Positions 62,985-64,000 of a DNA stretch of 64,000 bases are shown here, in pieces. The DNA is from a virus: the IMG/VR virus record IMGVR_UViG_3300025168_000034, positions 64,001 through 128,000 of that record; one strand, written 5' to 3'. Each line of letters begins with the position of its first letter. The stretch's first letter is position 1. A program made the position numbers and the translations under genes. The notes under the pieces were generated by a model. It was not told where the DNA came from. It saw only the letters and a list, made by a program, of their open reading frames with translations, and searched no databases.

Positions 62985-64000
62985 TTAGTAGTCTAGCTTA
63001 ACCTTCACTAACGCCTCTCTGTTAAAGCTTTTTAGTAATGGTTTGCTTAATTTAGCTACAGCTACCAGTCTATTATTGTCATCGTACATTCCGATTGTTG
63101 TAACATATACACTTGGATTTCTCAACATGCTTGCATGTTTAAATTGGCCAGTGCTTCCAGATACAAAGGTTGGATTGTTTGAAAAATTAAAATTCTTATT
63201 CGTTACACGGACAAAGTAGTGTGTAGACGTTATTTTCTCTTCGCTTCTTGCGGCAAAGTATGTAGATGCTGAGATGTACATTGAAGCAGTTACAGAGTTT
63301 TTAGGTTGTGTTCCAGCTGCTGATAATGTTGTTGCATTACCAGTATTAAAGTCCATCCCTGTCTCTGTTTTTAGTCTTGTTGCGTTAAACACTAACACAC
63401 CATGATCTGGATAAAATAATCCATACTGAGTATTAGATGCTGTTACAGCTCCGGAGCCACTAAAAATACCAACTACACGTCCAGCTTCGTTTACTGTAGG
63501 TGTTTCTTCTTCTCCACTATTATCAATAAATGTTAGGTATGAGTTGATTCCATTAAAAGCAGTTAAGGCTTCTGATGCAGATGCTATTCTTAACTCCCAG
63601 TTTCCTGGATCAATTTTTTGTCTGAATCTAGCTCTAGCAACATTAATTACTAAAATATCGTCAGGTGTATCACTTCCAAAAGTAAATGCAGTATCTGTGG
63701 GTGGTAAGAGTTGGTTTCGGTATTGTGAGTATATTGCTCTGGTAGGAGTATCGTTTGCGTTTTGTCCTACAGTATTAGGATCTCCAAAAGACCCGCTTCC
63801 TAGTCTGTTTCCATAAGCTACAGCAAACTGGACAGCTGCAGTAGCTGACTCATTCGTGTCTTGTGGATTTCTGTGAAATGTATTTACATAATAATCACCA
63901 GACTGCGACACCTGTGCTGATGATGTAAAGAACCCTATTCCATAGGATCCACCGTAAGACTGTGAATATGGATTCATATTTTCAGACCATACTGGTTGTG
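62985..64000 (-). CDS. Virion structural protein, probably 5'-truncated at the right window edge
   Basis: The frame stays open upstream of ATG 63977 (QPVWSEN). C-terminal YVTTIGMYDDNNRLVAVAKL is paralogous to the next gene. Confidence 0.7.
   Translation of the reverse strand, partial: QPVWSENMNPYSQSYGGSYGIGFFTSSAQVSQSGDYYVNTFHRNPQDTNESATAAVQFAVAYGNRLGSGSFGDPNTVGQNANDTPTRAIYSQYRNQLLPPTDTAFTFGSDTPDDILVINVARARFRQKIDPGNWELRIASASEALTAFNGINSYLTFIDNSGEEETPTVNEAGRVVGIFSGSGAVTASNTQYGLFYPDHGVLVFNATRLKTETGMDFNTGNATTLSAAGTQPKNSVTASMYISASTYFAARSEEKITSTHYFVRVTNKNFNFSNNPTFVSGSTGQFKHASMLRNPSVYVTTIGMYDDNNRLVAVAKLSKPLLKSFNREALVKVKLDY

Noticed and set aside
131-63816. All plus-strand ORFs in the track (for example 17712..18536, 27903..28487)
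   Set aside because: They are antisense shadows of well-supported minus-strand genes, with no recognisable motifs or promoters.
1-64000. Stop-codon reassignment
   Set aside because: Core genes are full length under code 11, and TAG, TGA and TAA all end genes at sensible positions.
1-64000. tRNA or rRNA genes
   Set aside because: Intergenic gaps are short and no cloverleaf or T-loop signature was recognised by eye. A tRNAscan-SE run would confirm.

Overview
All 64 kb is the core of a large, AT-rich, T4-supergroup-like myophage genome, with every credible gene on the minus strand. Reading in transcription order from right to left: tail/baseplate-type structural genes; SpeD-like, T7 endonuclease I-like, primase and fused SbcD-SbcC genes; more structural genes; a block of probable capsid-internal proteins; a spanin-like pair; terminase, portal, prohead protease, scaffold and major capsid genes; an island of five small early genes; PhoH; neck, tail and baseplate genes; a compact family A polymerase; gp32, RecA/UvsX, 5'-3' exonuclease, helicase and class II RNR genes; and a tandem cassette of probable internal proteins. 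Seven TTG-N20-octamer promoters, no obvious Shine-Dalgarno sites and a Q-rule signal peptide point to a Bacteroidota host. A second motif, TATTTAT(A/T), marks late genes. The most unusual signals are: (1) a [S/T]-[G/A/S]-S tripeptide enriched in exterior virion proteins and nearly absent from interior ones, a candidate virion-surface modification sequon; (2) many proteins and polyproteins punctuated by gp21-type L-x-E sites, including an HxGH nucleotidyltransferase + LETM1-like + KxDG ligase-like fusion; (3) two cargo cassettes joined in tandem with duplicated flanks; (4) a +1/-2 slippery site joining gp26-like and gp51-like ORFs; (5) a covarying palindrome over the early promoters. No tRNA, rRNA, CRISPR array, integrase or intein was recognised. 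All family calls are from motifs and synteny read by eye, with no database search.
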